Source of the DNA: Leptolyngbyaceae cyanobacterium
Lineage (GTDB): Bacteria > Cyanobacteriota > Cyanobacteriia > Phormidesmidales > Phormidesmidaceae
Reading direction: 5' to 3'
Length of the DNA: 58,357 bases
Assembly (NCBI GenBank): GCA_050331235.1
Contig: JBHJHA010000037.1
Location: forward strand, 1-58,357
Part shown: positions 1-10,800 of the stretch, piece after piece
Layout: each line of letters starts with the position of its first letter
Numbering within the stretch: position 1 is the stretch's first letter
Program-made: the position numbers and the translations under genes
The notes under the pieces: generated by a model
Told to the model about the DNA's origin: nothing
Seen by the model: the letters and a program-made list of their open reading frames with translations, nothing else
Database searches by the model: none

Positions 1-530
1 GATTGCCACCTTGAATGTCGCTACCGGGCGCATTGACCAGGCGACGGTCGGCGACACCCGCACGGAGAAAGATTTAGAGGCCCCTCTCCAAGCCCTGCTC
101 GCCCCAGTGGCCGAGGCCCCCAAAATTCATCTGGTGATGGACTGCCTCAATCCCCATCAATCAGAAGCTTTGGTGCGGCTGACCGCCGCCCTGGAACCCG
201 CGCCCATTCCATTGGGGGAAAAGGGCAAATTCGGGATTCTTCAGTCGATGGCCACTCGCACCGCTTTCTTGACCAATCCAGAGCACCGCTTGGTCGTCCA
301 TTTCACGCCGAAGCATTGTTCCTGGCTCAATCAAATCGAAATCTGGTTCTCCATTCTCATGCGGAAGCTGCTGCGACGCTCCAGTTTTACCAGTCAAGCT
401 CATCTCAAGGCTAAGATTCTCGACTTCATCGATTACTTCAATCGCACCATGGCCAAGCCTTTCAAATGGAACTATACGGGCAAGCCCTTAACCGCATAAT
501 GGCTATGCTTATTTGTGCCGTTGAGTACTA
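1..530 (+). mobile_element. IS630-family insertion sequence, 3' part (runs off window start)
   Basis: Transposase C-terminus to 499 followed by a short end ...GTTGAGTAC-TA (TA at 529-530), matching the TA target of IS630. Confidence 0.75.
11..499 (+). CDS. IS630-family transposase, C-terminal DDE part (5' partial)
   Basis: Motifs IHLVMDCLNPH, HFTPKHCSWLNQIEIWFS and PFKWNY typical of the IS630 DDE_3 domain. Confidence 0.85.
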   Translation: MNVATGRIDQATVGDTRTEKDLEAPLQALLAPVAEAPKIHLVMDCLNPHQSEALVRLTAALEPAPIPLGEKGKFGILQSMATRTAFLTNPEHRLVVHFTPKHCSWLNQIEIWFSILMRKLLRRSSFTSQAHLKAKILDFIDYFNRTMAKPFKWNYTGKPLTA

Positions 531-849
531 GAGGCAAACGCAGTGATACATGGGTCCTAAACCCTAAGGCATTACCATCCTTTCTCAACAAAGCACATCG
601 TCTTTGGAAACAAGAAGATGTCCAACTCGCGGCTTATCATTTATCAAGGTATATACGAGCGAAGAAGTAGATGCTCATATCAAGTCTTCGCCGAACATGA
701 CACACCAAAAAGCGATAAAACACCATAATTAGCTCAAGGCCTTTAAAGCATACAACCCGGGGCAAATTATAAGATGCCGTAGCAAATAAGTACTGTTACT
801 GCGCCTTTAGGATATGTAAAGACAAGGTCGTCACCTAAAATCTTGACTC

Positions 850-1167
850 ATGCTGCCAATGCTAAACCGTTTATTTGACCGCCGTTCCGACGATGTTGTC
901 GCTAACGTTGAGATTTACACTTGGCAAACTTGTCCATATTGCATACGGGCAAAGCTGCTGCTCTGGTGGAAAGGCGTTGACTACCAAGAATACAAAATTG
1001 ATGGTGACGGGGGCGCGCGCATCCGGATGGCCAACCGGGCCAACGGTCAGAAAACAGTGCCACAGATTTTCATCAATGACGAACATATTGGCGGATGCGA
1101 CGACTTATACGTTCTGGATCAGCGCGGTGGGCTAGACCCCAAATTAAGAACCGCCAGAACCTCGTAG
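850..1167 (+). CDS. grxC: Glutaredoxin 3
   Basis: CPYC active site, TVPQIFI and IGGCDDL motifs. Confidence 0.92.
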   Translation: MLPMLNRLFDRRSDDVVANVEIYTWQTCPYCIRAKLLLWWKGVDYQEYKIDGDGGARIRMANRANGQKTVPQIFINDEHIGGCDDLYVLDQRGGLDPKLRTARTS

Positions 1168-1621
1168 CGAGCTGGCGGACCCGTCTGCAACTGGTCTGCA
1201 GCTAATTCAAAAATCTGAATGATTGGGTCTTAGTCACTGGGCTACGCGATCAAAATCAAGTGGATCAGCGGGCCAGCGAGCGCGTCCTTCCCGTTTGACG
1301 ATTAGTGCCGGCAGTTGGCATCGTTCTCAAATGAGTGTCAGCGCAGAGAGCCACTCAACGATTAGCAGTAACGATTAGCAGTATTGAGCACTCTTTTGAA
1401 GAGTTGAAGGAAGAGACGCCCGTCTTGCAGAGCGATCGCTATCATCCTTCACAAACTTGAACGTGCCGAACAATTTTCAACGGGGTGAAACCGCTGTCTT
1501 CAAAAAGATGTAGCCGTCAAGGGGAGGGGGCATCACGGCTCCAGGAAAGGTGTCACAGGTTTGACACATTTCTTAAATACAGTGCAAATATCAAAGAATT
1601 TTAGTTTTTTGCATAGATGAT

Positions 1622-1894
1622 TTGCCCCCGATGTTTCCAACAGTTATACCTCAATGTACGGTTAAAACTTTTAAGTATTGGCAAGAAGGCATTAAGGTAG
1701 CCATGTACCACCAAAATGAGTTTTTTACCCAAAGTAAGTTCTATGGTGCCAATGAGCGACTACGGGCTTATGAGGAGGCCTGCCAACTATCCGAAAACGG
1801 TATGCATGTTTGTATTACTGTTTCTGAGCGAGGCTACCGATTATGGAAAAATCTCAAGCATTGCTCTGATCAAGCTGTCCATGCTGACAGTTAA
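1622..1894 (+). CDS. Small hypothetical protein (start may be ATG 1631)
   Basis: Protein-like 90-aa ORF co-oriented just upstream of the EAL gene; no recognised motif. Confidence 0.55.
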   Translation: MPPMFPTVIPQCTVKTFKYWQEGIKVAMYHQNEFFTQSKFYGANERLRAYEEACQLSENGMHVCITVSERGYRLWKNLKHCSDQAVHADS

Positions 1895-1981
1895 GACCTG
1901 CAAACAATTGGTCAGGACGACTTGATTATTAAACTTTTATAGAAATATATAGCAAAGTATTTAATCGCCAATGAAGAGAAG

Positions 1982-3022
1982 ATGGTCAACATTCCCTTGT
2001 TAATTAATGAGTTTGAAGATGAAAAGCTGGAACAGTTGGGCGATGTTACTAACCTAGTTCTTCATGAATTTAGAACCCCACTAACTTCGATTCAAGGTGC
2101 CTTGAAGCTATTGCAAAATGAATACTACAGCGAGGCATCACCCGACACAGACAAACTACTCAAAATCGCGATTTCCGCAACCAATCGGCTCAATCGCCTA
2201 GCGGCCGCCCTTGAAGAGGGCCCAGAAGTCGTCGGCACAATGATTTCAAGGAAAGAAATTAGCAACCTGAAATTAGAAAATTCACTCATTCAAGGTTTAG
2301 AAAGACAGGAATTTTTGCTGCATCTTCAACCAATTCTTGCTATTGAAGAGAAACGCATTATTGGCTTTGAAGCCCTAGCGAGATGGCAACATCCTACGCT
2401 GGGGATAGTCCCTCCTGGTGACTTTATTCCATTAGCCGAAAAAAGTGGAATTATTAATGAACTGGGCTTGTACCTCGTCAGGAAAGCTTGTCAGCTCCTA
2501 CATGATTGGCAAAGGCAGTTTCTTCATCAACCACCCTTTTTTATTAGCATTAATATATCTTCGATTCAGCTAGATGATCCCCGCTTTAGCGATGAAGTTG
2601 AAAAGATTCTCAGTCGCCACACTATTCAACCCCATACCTTGGTCATGGAAATTACTGAAAGTAGCCTCATTGAGAATAACAACGTTGCCTTGAGAACTAT
2701 TTTAAAGTTAAAGCAAATGGGAATTAATTTTTACCTAGATGACTTTGGCACGGGCTATTCTTCACTCTTGCGGCTTCAGGAATTACCCTTCAGTGCCATC
2801 AAAATCGACAAATCTTTCGTGGCACAGCAAAACTGGACTATTAGTAAGGCAATCCTACAATTGGCAGATAGCTTGCAGCTGAATGTCATTGTAGAAGGTA
2901 TTGAAACAGCAGAACAATTAGAGGTTCTAAGTGGCCTTGGCTGTAAAGAGATGCAAGGATACTATTTTTCAAAACCAATAGAGACTGACTGTGCTTACCA
3001 CTTGCTGTCGAGTCAAATATAG
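1982..3022 (+). CDS. HisKA-EAL protein, putative c-di-GMP phosphodiesterase
   Basis: N-terminal H-box HEFRTPLTSI; EAL-domain motifs FEALARW, EITES, DDFGTGYSSL, KIDKSFV, EGIET, QGYYFSKP. Confidence 0.88.
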   Translation: MVNIPLLINEFEDEKLEQLGDVTNLVLHEFRTPLTSIQGALKLLQNEYYSEASPDTDKLLKIAISATNRLNRLAAALEEGPEVVGTMISRKEISNLKLENSLIQGLERQEFLLHLQPILAIEEKRIIGFEALARWQHPTLGIVPPGDFIPLAEKSGIINELGLYLVRKACQLLHDWQRQFLHQPPFFISINISSIQLDDPRFSDEVEKILSRHTIQPHTLVMEITESSLIENNNVALRTILKLKQMGINFYLDDFGTGYSSLLRLQELPFSAIKIDKSFVAQQNWTISKAILQLADSLQLNVIVEGIETAEQLEVLSGLGCKEMQGYYFSKPIETDCAYHLLSSQI

Positions 3023-3223
3023 CCGGTCAAGACGAGATAACCAATACGATCGCCCATTATTTCTAGAGCTGATAGACAGCTATTTGAGCAATATAAAATA
3101 CAGGCCAAGGCTATATTATCAGTTGAGTAAGAAATCTGATTTTTTCTCAACTATTTAGTTCGAACTTTGAATCAGATTTATATGGTAAATTATCTTGGGC
3201 TGTTGCTGAGTTACAAAGCTAAT

Positions 3224-3604
3224 TTAGACGCTCCATCCCAAAACTGTTTCGAGCTGATCACCCAGCAAACCAGGATCAAATGGCTTGGTTAAAATGCCTT
3301 TTATCCCTAAATCAGCATATTCCAGCTTCATCGCCAGCTTGGCAGTGGCAGTCAGTAAAACAACTGGAATGGCTGCTGTCTTTTCGTTTTGCTTTAGGAG
3401 CCTAAGAGTATCTAGACCACCTGTAATTGGCATGATCAAGTCTAATAAGATAGCGTCTAACTGATTATTGGTAGCAACTTCAACGCCCTCTGGGCCAGAG
3501 GGGGCGGTCAGAATATCCCACTGCTTGGTAATCGAGAGACTCAGTTTAGCAATTTCTCGAATATCAGCTTCATCATCAATAATGAGTATCTTTTTACTAC
3601 CCAT
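3224..3604 (-). CDS. Single-domain response regulator (CheY-like)
   Basis: ILIIDDE, ILLDLIMP, LLTA and KPF receiver motifs. Confidence 0.9.
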   Translation of the reverse strand: MGSKKILIIDDEADIREIAKLSLSITKQWDILTAPSGPEGVEVATNNQLDAILLDLIMPITGGLDTLRLLKQNEKTAAIPVVLLTATAKLAMKLEYADLGIKGILTKPFDPGLLGDQLETVLGWSV

Positions 3605-4080
3605 GCCACCTCCTAAAAGCGATCAATATCAAACGTATGAAACAGGGCTCATTGCCGCCAGAAAGTAACTCAGACCTGCTCTACTCAATTGGTTATTCCA
3701 TCCTTTAGAGTGTAAGACTCGCGACGCAAAGGACAATTTTGAATTTATTTATTAACAGTCCTACGGCCAATGGAGCATTAATGGCGGCGAAGCTCGTAAG
3801 ACGCTGAGCCGACGCCGGAAATTTTCATGTCCTTACGAGATCAGTTGAAAAGAACCTCCAATCTGCTCGTTGTCAATATAAAATAGCTTAGCTAGAGACG
3901 ATATATCGATAAAAGGGTAGACGCAGTGGTTTTAGGGCCAATCACTTTTTCCATATTAGCTAAGTCGGCGGTAGAGTCTTGTTTTAGCATTCACTAGTAG
4001 ACTTTTTGACAAAAACTTGTGAAAAATTTTTAGCAGCATTCAGAAACTGTATTCACATGCTTAAAGTCACCTCTTAACTC

Positions 4081-5985
4081 CTACAAAAGCAACCGACGCT
4101 GTAGAGACGCCCGATTCATAATACGAACCAGCAGTTCAGACCCATTCACCGGTTTAGTGACGTAGTCATCGGCTCCGGCACGATAGGTTTCCTGAATAAT
4201 GTCAGAGTTGTCCTGTCCACTCAAAAAGACGATGGGTAAGTGCTGCCATTGTTTGTCAGCCCGTACAAGCTGGCAGAGTTCGATACCGTTGATATCAGGC
4301 ATCTCATAATCGAGCAGTAATAGGTCAGGGTGAATTTGGTGGAGCACATCCCAAAACTGATAGGGGTCTGTAAGGGGCGTCACCTGGATGCCTGCAACCA
4401 TCAATGGCTGTTGTACCGCTGCCAGCAGTAGGGGATCATCATCGACGGCTAAAACGTGCAGTTGTGCGGGAGAACGCTGTCGATGCCAAGCGATGACGCT
4501 ATCCACTATTGTTTGAGACGCGGTTGTGCGAGGTAAACACATACAGCCTTTGACACGTCGGACGACATCCAAGCGAACTTGCAGCGTATCGGGCTCGACC
4601 AGCACGATCGCCGGTAGATCAGGATACTGATCGCCCAACCGCTGCAGATAGGTCAACCAGGACGAGTCAGCGGAGCAGGCAGCCATATCCAGTAAAATCA
4701 AAGCATCTTGATGAGTACAGGGAAGGTGGCTTTGCGCGAAGTCAGCGATCGAGAGTGGCTGAACCGGCATAGGAGCGATCGCAGCGAGATCTGCAAGCCA
4801 GCGTTCATCGTGACTCACAACCAGCAAAGTGGGCAGTTCACCCAGCCGGGTGGCGGCCATGGATACTGGACTAGAGGTCGCAAACTTATCCAATGGGGCT
4901 GCCGATGCCAGCATCGGACCAATCGCCTGATGCAGCTTGTGAGTCGCCTCGCGCAGGGCCGCAAGTTCTACCTGTTCACCAGACTGCAAAAGGGCTTCCA
5001 CCTGGCGGCTGACCCTCGAGCCATCAGCCAGCCCAAACATCCCTAGAGATCCGGCTAATTTATGGGCTGCTTGCCGGGCTTGCTCAGGGGCAGGGCGATC
5101 GCCTCGAGCCAGTGCCGCCAAAAATTGGTCAATGGTGACTAACCGTTGCTGCAGTGGCCCTCGAAATTTATTGAGAGCTGACAGTGCTGCCTTTCGGGCC
5201 TCGGCCTGTTGGGCTGCCGATGTTGATGATTGAGAGTGAGGTTGCGGTGGAAGTTTTGGCGGATCTAAGCTAGGCGTAGTCCCTAACTTTGTCGCAGATT
5301 CCAGAACATCCTGGGGGGAAGCAATCAGGCAATATCCCATACCATAAACATTCTCAATAATGGGTGGAACTCCGGCTTGCTTGAGTTTTGCTCGCAGTCG
5401 TTTGATATGGGTCCGGACCGTTTCTTCTCCAGGAGTGTCTTCAAAACTCCACAGTTTTTCTAAGAGCACATGACTGCTAAAAATTCGCTGGGGATGGCGC
5501 AAAAATAATTCTAATAAGCAATATTCCTTAGGCGAGAGTGGAACTTCCCGTTGATGGTAAAAAACCTTGCAAATGCGGGGGTCGAGTTGTAGATTGCCAT
5601 GCTGTAAAATCGTCTCAGCAATTTCCCTGGGACGCCGCAAAACTGCTCGAATGCGAGCCAAAAGCTCATCTAAAGTACAGGTTTTTACGATGTAATCATC
5701 GGCACCGGCATCTAAACACTTAACTTTTGAAGTGTCTTCATCGTTAGCAGTTAACAATAGAATCGCACCTACATAGTTTGCTTGGCGTAGGCTTTGACAC
5801 AAAAAAATACCATCAGAATCCGGTAAGCTCACGTCTAAGATGAGCAAATCGTACTCGGATGAGTTGACATAATCCCAAACAAAGTGAGCTTCTGAAATAG
5901 TTTCGACAATGAATTTTTGTTTCGTTAAGCCTAGCGATAGCTGTTTAGCAAAAATGATGTCGTCTTCAACTAATAGAATCTTCAT
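4081..5985 (-). CDS. Multi-domain response regulator REC-winged helix-HPt-REC(degenerate)-REC (RcaC-like architecture)
   Basis: KILLVEDD receiver, OmpR wHTH (VRTHIKRLRAKL, NVYGMGY), HPt AHKLAGSLG, C-terminal LAVDDD/LLDYEMP/TKP. Confidence 0.88.
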   Translation of the reverse strand: MKILLVEDDIIFAKQLSLGLTKQKFIVETISEAHFVWDYVNSSEYDLLILDVSLPDSDGIFLCQSLRQANYVGAILLLTANDEDTSKVKCLDAGADDYIVKTCTLDELLARIRAVLRRPREIAETILQHGNLQLDPRICKVFYHQREVPLSPKEYCLLELFLRHPQRIFSSHVLLEKLWSFEDTPGEETVRTHIKRLRAKLKQAGVPPIIENVYGMGYCLIASPQDVLESATKLGTTPSLDPPKLPPQPHSQSSTSAAQQAEARKAALSALNKFRGPLQQRLVTIDQFLAALARGDRPAPEQARQAAHKLAGSLGMFGLADGSRVSRQVEALLQSGEQVELAALREATHKLHQAIGPMLASAAPLDKFATSSPVSMAATRLGELPTLLVVSHDERWLADLAAIAPMPVQPLSIADFAQSHLPCTHQDALILLDMAACSADSSWLTYLQRLGDQYPDLPAIVLVEPDTLQVRLDVVRRVKGCMCLPRTTASQTIVDSVIAWHRQRSPAQLHVLAVDDDPLLLAAVQQPLMVAGIQVTPLTDPYQFWDVLHQIHPDLLLLDYEMPDINGIELCQLVRADKQWQHLPIVFLSGQDNSDIIQETYRAGADDYVTKPVNGSELLVRIMNRASLQRRLLL

Positions 5986-6175
5986 TTCAACTTTACTATT
6001 TAAGTTTATCTAGAAAATTTTTTGAGTGTGTCTCAGTGACATGCGAATCAATGTCATCAAGATTTTCCCGTGGCTAGGGCAGTTGTGCGCCGGCAATCTA
6101 GTAGAAAATACGCCCTTTTCTGAGCCACAGTTCAAAATATAATAAATATGGTTAATCTGGGAAGGTTGATTTGAG

Positions 6176-7558
6176 ATGCCTGCTACTCAGGTCGCTGCGC
6201 TCCGAAAAGAAATCTTAGTGGTAGATGATGCTCCGGAAAATCTCCAGATGCTGTTAGATGCATTATCGGAACAGGGATACTCAGTTCGCTGTGCAAGAAG
6301 TGGCAACTTAGCTATTATTGGTTCCCAAGCCATTCCTCCCGATTTAATCTTGCTTGATATATTAATGCCCCAAATGGATGGTTATGAAGTATGCCAGCGG
6401 TTAAAGCAAGATGACAAAACTTGTGATGTCCCCATTATTTTTCTCAGTGCTTTAGACGACGGTGACAATCAAGCTCGGGCGTTTGCACTCGGTGGTGATG
6501 ACTATATTGCTAAGCCGTTTAATATCGTCGAGGTCCTGGCCCGGGTCAAACACCAACTTGATTTGCGGCAGCGGCAACTGCGATCGCAGCAACGAATTGC
6601 CCGATATCGACGTACTAGCTACGAGCTCAGGGAAGCCTACGCTTTTATCAAGGACGTGCTCAACTGTCTGCCCTATGGCATCGCGGCCTTTCAGTCTGTC
6701 GTCAACGAAGCCGGTGATGTCACCGGATTTAAGTCAATCATTGCCAATGCAGCCTTTTGGCAACTTGCCCATGACGCCTCAGATGCAGTTTTAACCGATG
6801 TCGAAGAAACCTTGCAGGCGCTAGTTGCCGATCATTCTCAACTTGAGCTATTTGGGGTGTGTCTACAAGCCATGGCGTCGGAGGAAAGTATCCAACGGGA
6901 ATTGCTCTGTCTCAACGAAAACCAACAGCAATGTTTCGAAGTCTTTGCGACTCAATTGCAAGGCACCGTCGTAACTTTGTTGAGGGATATTAGTGATACG
7001 AAAGCGCAAATCAGCACCCTCGAAACAACCAATCGTGAGCTTTACAGTCTGGCCACAACGGACGCGCTCACCCAAATCGGTAATCGCTACCAATTTGATT
7101 CTTACTTCTCGTTGGAATGGCAGCGATCGCTCCGGGAGCAACAGCCCCTTTCCTTGATCATTGCCGACATTGATAAATTCAAGCAGTTTAACGATGTGTG
7201 TGGCCATAGCGTTGGCGATCGCTGTCTGCAAGCAGTCGCCCAAGCTATACAGTCTGCCGTTCGCCGACCAACGGACTTGGTAGCTCGCTATGGCGGCGAA
7301 GAATTTGCCATCGTATTGCCCAATACCCCGCTGCGGGGAGCGAGGCAAATTGCCGACACGATTCAAATGGCCATCCATAGTCTGCATTTACTGGATGCAC
7401 CAGCTTTAACCTGTGAACAAGTCCGGTTGAGTTTGGGCATTGGCTGTACTTTGCCCCAAGAGGGCCAACATTCACGAGCCTTAATAGAAGCGGCAGACCG
7501 AGCCCTATATCGAGCCAAGGCCCAAGGCGGCGACACAGTTTGCGTAGACATGATTTAA
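6176..7558 (+). CDS. Response-regulator diguanylate cyclase (REC-PAS-like-GGDEF)
   Basis: ILVVDD/LLDILMP receiver; DIDKFKQFND, I-site RPTD and active site RYGGEEF. Confidence 0.92.
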   Translation: MPATQVAALRKEILVVDDAPENLQMLLDALSEQGYSVRCARSGNLAIIGSQAIPPDLILLDILMPQMDGYEVCQRLKQDDKTCDVPIIFLSALDDGDNQARAFALGGDDYIAKPFNIVEVLARVKHQLDLRQRQLRSQQRIARYRRTSYELREAYAFIKDVLNCLPYGIAAFQSVVNEAGDVTGFKSIIANAAFWQLAHDASDAVLTDVEETLQALVADHSQLELFGVCLQAMASEESIQRELLCLNENQQQCFEVFATQLQGTVVTLLRDISDTKAQISTLETTNRELYSLATTDALTQIGNRYQFDSYFSLEWQRSLREQQPLSLIIADIDKFKQFNDVCGHSVGDRCLQAVAQAIQSAVRRPTDLVARYGGEEFAIVLPNTPLRGARQIADTIQMAIHSLHLLDAPALTCEQVRLSLGIGCTLPQEGQHSRALIEAADRALYRAKAQGGDTVCVDMI

Positions 7559-7892
7559 ACCTGCGCCCAGCGAAAAAGCGGTTTGGTGGCATCATCTAGC
7601 GAGCTCGATTTAAGCTGGGTAGCAGTCCCAGAAAAAACCCCAAAAACAGAGTACGCCCCACCATTGCCACATTTCTAGCAGACACTCAAGATAAACCCCT
7701 GTTAGATTCAAAAAGAGTCCCTCGCTCCTCTGTGGGAAAAGCGTGTGGCTGCACTAGCACCAACCGCTAGATTGAGTTTATTTGTTAAAAGGTGACGGTC
7801 TGGGTGATGCCAAAAGGAAATTTCAGCTTCTGGCCGTACCCGAACCTCCATGCTGAATCCGGCAGAGGTTTTGACTGTAGGAGTTTTCTGCT

Positions 7893-10800
7893 ATGACAGC
7901 CCCCGGCCCCAAGGTACTGTTTTTGCTGGCATCATCGGTAGAGCAGGAGCGTTGCCAGCAGCTGCTGGCAGAAGCGCCTACCTGGCAAGGAGCGGTGATC
8001 TCGCCGGGTGACGTTGCTGCTACGATCGGGATCGCCCCCGAAATTGTCGTAATGGATCGAGCCAGCGATGAGGCGTACTGGCAAACCGGGCAAACCGGGG
8101 CAACGTCACCCCTTGCCGTGGTCTGGCTGCTGGAAGATGAAGACACCTGGCGATCGCCGGCCGATGAACCTGTCGCTATTTATGACTATTTGTACAAATC
8201 TCAACTGACGGCAGCCCGCCTGGGTTTGACGATTCAAAACCTCTGGCGACAATGCCACTTACAAAGGCAACTCGATCACTGTCATCATCGCGACGAGGTA
8301 TTGGACCATGCTGGGGTTGGCACCAACCAAGCTGATGCCTCTGGTCGATATATCCGAGTCAATCAACAATTTTGCACTCTGCTGGGCTATACCGAGGCCG
8401 AGCTGCTGCAGCTGACCTACCAAGCGGTGACCCATCCGGATGACCTCGAGGCCCAGGTCGAGATAGAGCGCCAGATTTTTGGAGGAAACCTGGCCAGCCA
8501 CACCTTTGAAAAGCGGTATCTAACTAAGGCGGGTGACCCAGTCTGGGCCCGCGTCACCCTCTCGGCCATCTACGATGCCAATCATCGCCCTGTGAGTGAT
8601 CTGGCCGTCGTAGAAGACATCAATATCCGGGTGAGTCTAGAAAAGCAACGTCATCAGGCAGAAGCTGATTTAAAGGCCCAGCGAGATTTTTTGCAAGTGC
8701 TGCTCGACCACTTGCCCATCAGCCTGTTTGTTAAACAGGCTCACCCCGATCGCTTCGGAGAATTTGTGCTGGTCAACTCGGTCTGTGAATCCTTCTTTGG
8801 CCAACAGCGGGAACAGATCATTGGCAAAACTGACTATGACCTGTTTACGGCAGAGCAAGCGGCCGCATTTGCCGAGGTTGATCGCCAGGTCATGGCCAGC
8901 CAAGACACACAAACCCTAGAAGAAGTGGTCGATCGCCCCCATGTGGGACTCCAGACTCTACACACCGTGAAAGTCCCAATTTATGATGCTGACCAGCGCC
9001 CTCAATATTTACTAGGCATCTCCTTAGACATCACTGCCCAAAGGCAGGCCGAGCACGCGCTACGAGCCCATCAGCAATTTGTCCAGCGGATTACTGAGAA
9101 CTCCCCCAACGCCATCTACATCTACGACCTGACCCAGCATCGCTACACCTTTGTTAACCGCGAAATATACAGCCTGCTGGGCTACGCCAAGGAAGACGTG
9201 AACGAGCAGATGCAGGGGGCTGCTCTGGCGCTCATGCATCCGGATGAGCAGGAGCCGCTAACCCAGCACCTTGCCAGGTTATCGACCCTGAGCGATGGCG
9301 AATTTGCCGAAATTGAATATCGCATCCGGCATAAAAATGGTGAATGGCGGTGGTTTTTAAGCCGTGACCGGGTTTTTCAGCGCGATGAGGCGGGTCGAGT
9401 CACCCAAGTTTTGGGCAATGCTCAGGACATCACGTCCATCAAACAAAGCCAGCTCGCCCTGAAAGAATCAGAAGCGCTATACAGCGATATGATGTGTAGC
9501 CTTGACTCGGCCTCAGTTGCACGGTTTCGGGTGACGGCGGAGGGCCATTGGGAGCGTGAATATCAGTCGCCAGGGTGCGAGTCTGTGTTTGGCTACACCG
9601 CTGCTGAGCTGTGTCAAGACAGTACCCTATGGCGATCGCGAGTAGAGGCCACAGACCTAGAGCGGGTGATCGATCCGCTGCTTGACACCTTTTTTGACCA
9701 CCGCACGGCAACCGCCGAATATCGATTTCACCATGGCGATGGCTCCCTCCGGTGGATTGCCTCTACCTATGTGCTGCGCTACGATGAGACCCGCCATCAC
9801 TGGCTGGTTACGGCGATCGCCTACGACATCACCGATCGCAAACTGACCAAGCATGCCCTAGTAATAAGCGAAGAACAACTGCGCCTAGCCCTTGAGTTTG
9901 GTCATGTCGCCCTATGGGACTGGGATGCCGCAACCGAACAGATCACCTGGAACCCCATCGGTTATGAAATCTTTGGGTACCAAGAAGATGAGATCGAGCT
10001 GACCTACGACTTTTGGCGACAGTGCCTGCATCCCGACGATCGACAGGCCGCAGACGCCAGCATTACCCAGTCAATTGCCGAACAGCGGAATTTGGCACTG
10101 GAATATCGCATTCTCCGCCCAGATGGCACCCAGCGCTGGATCTTTGATACGGGCCGAGGCATCTACGACGATACTGGAGCATTCACACGGGCCATTGGCA
10201 TTGCTCTCGATATTACCGATCGCAAACAGGCCGAACTCGAACGCCAACAGACAACCGAAGAACTTCACCGCTTTTTAGCCGTCGCCCTGGACCTGCTCTG
10301 CATTGCCAATGTAGACGGCTACTTTCTACGACTCAATCCAGCTTGGGAAGCAGCCCTTGGCTATGCCATCGAGGAGCTCACCCAGCAGCCGTTTATCGAC
10401 TTTGTGCATCCTGACGATGTGCCCAGCACCCTCGATGCCATCGCTCAGCTGCAAGCACAGCAGGAAATCCGCAATTTTGTCAATCGCTATCGCCACCGAG
10501 AAGGCTCCTACCGATGGCTTGAGTGGCGTTCGATTCCGGTTGGCGACCTAATTTATGCGGCGGCGAGAGATATCACCGATCGCCAGCGAACCGAGCTACG
10601 GATTCGACATCAAAATGCCTTGCTGGCCCAAATTGCCAAGGGTGAGCCCTTGGCCGATATTTTGACAGCTCTCGTCCAGACCATTGAGCAGCAGCTCCCC
10701 AGCGTTCTCGGGTCCATTCTTTTGCTTGACGATAACAATCGCCTGCGCTACGGGGCCAGCCACAAGCTACCGGCCATCTATCTAAACCTGTTTGATGGGG

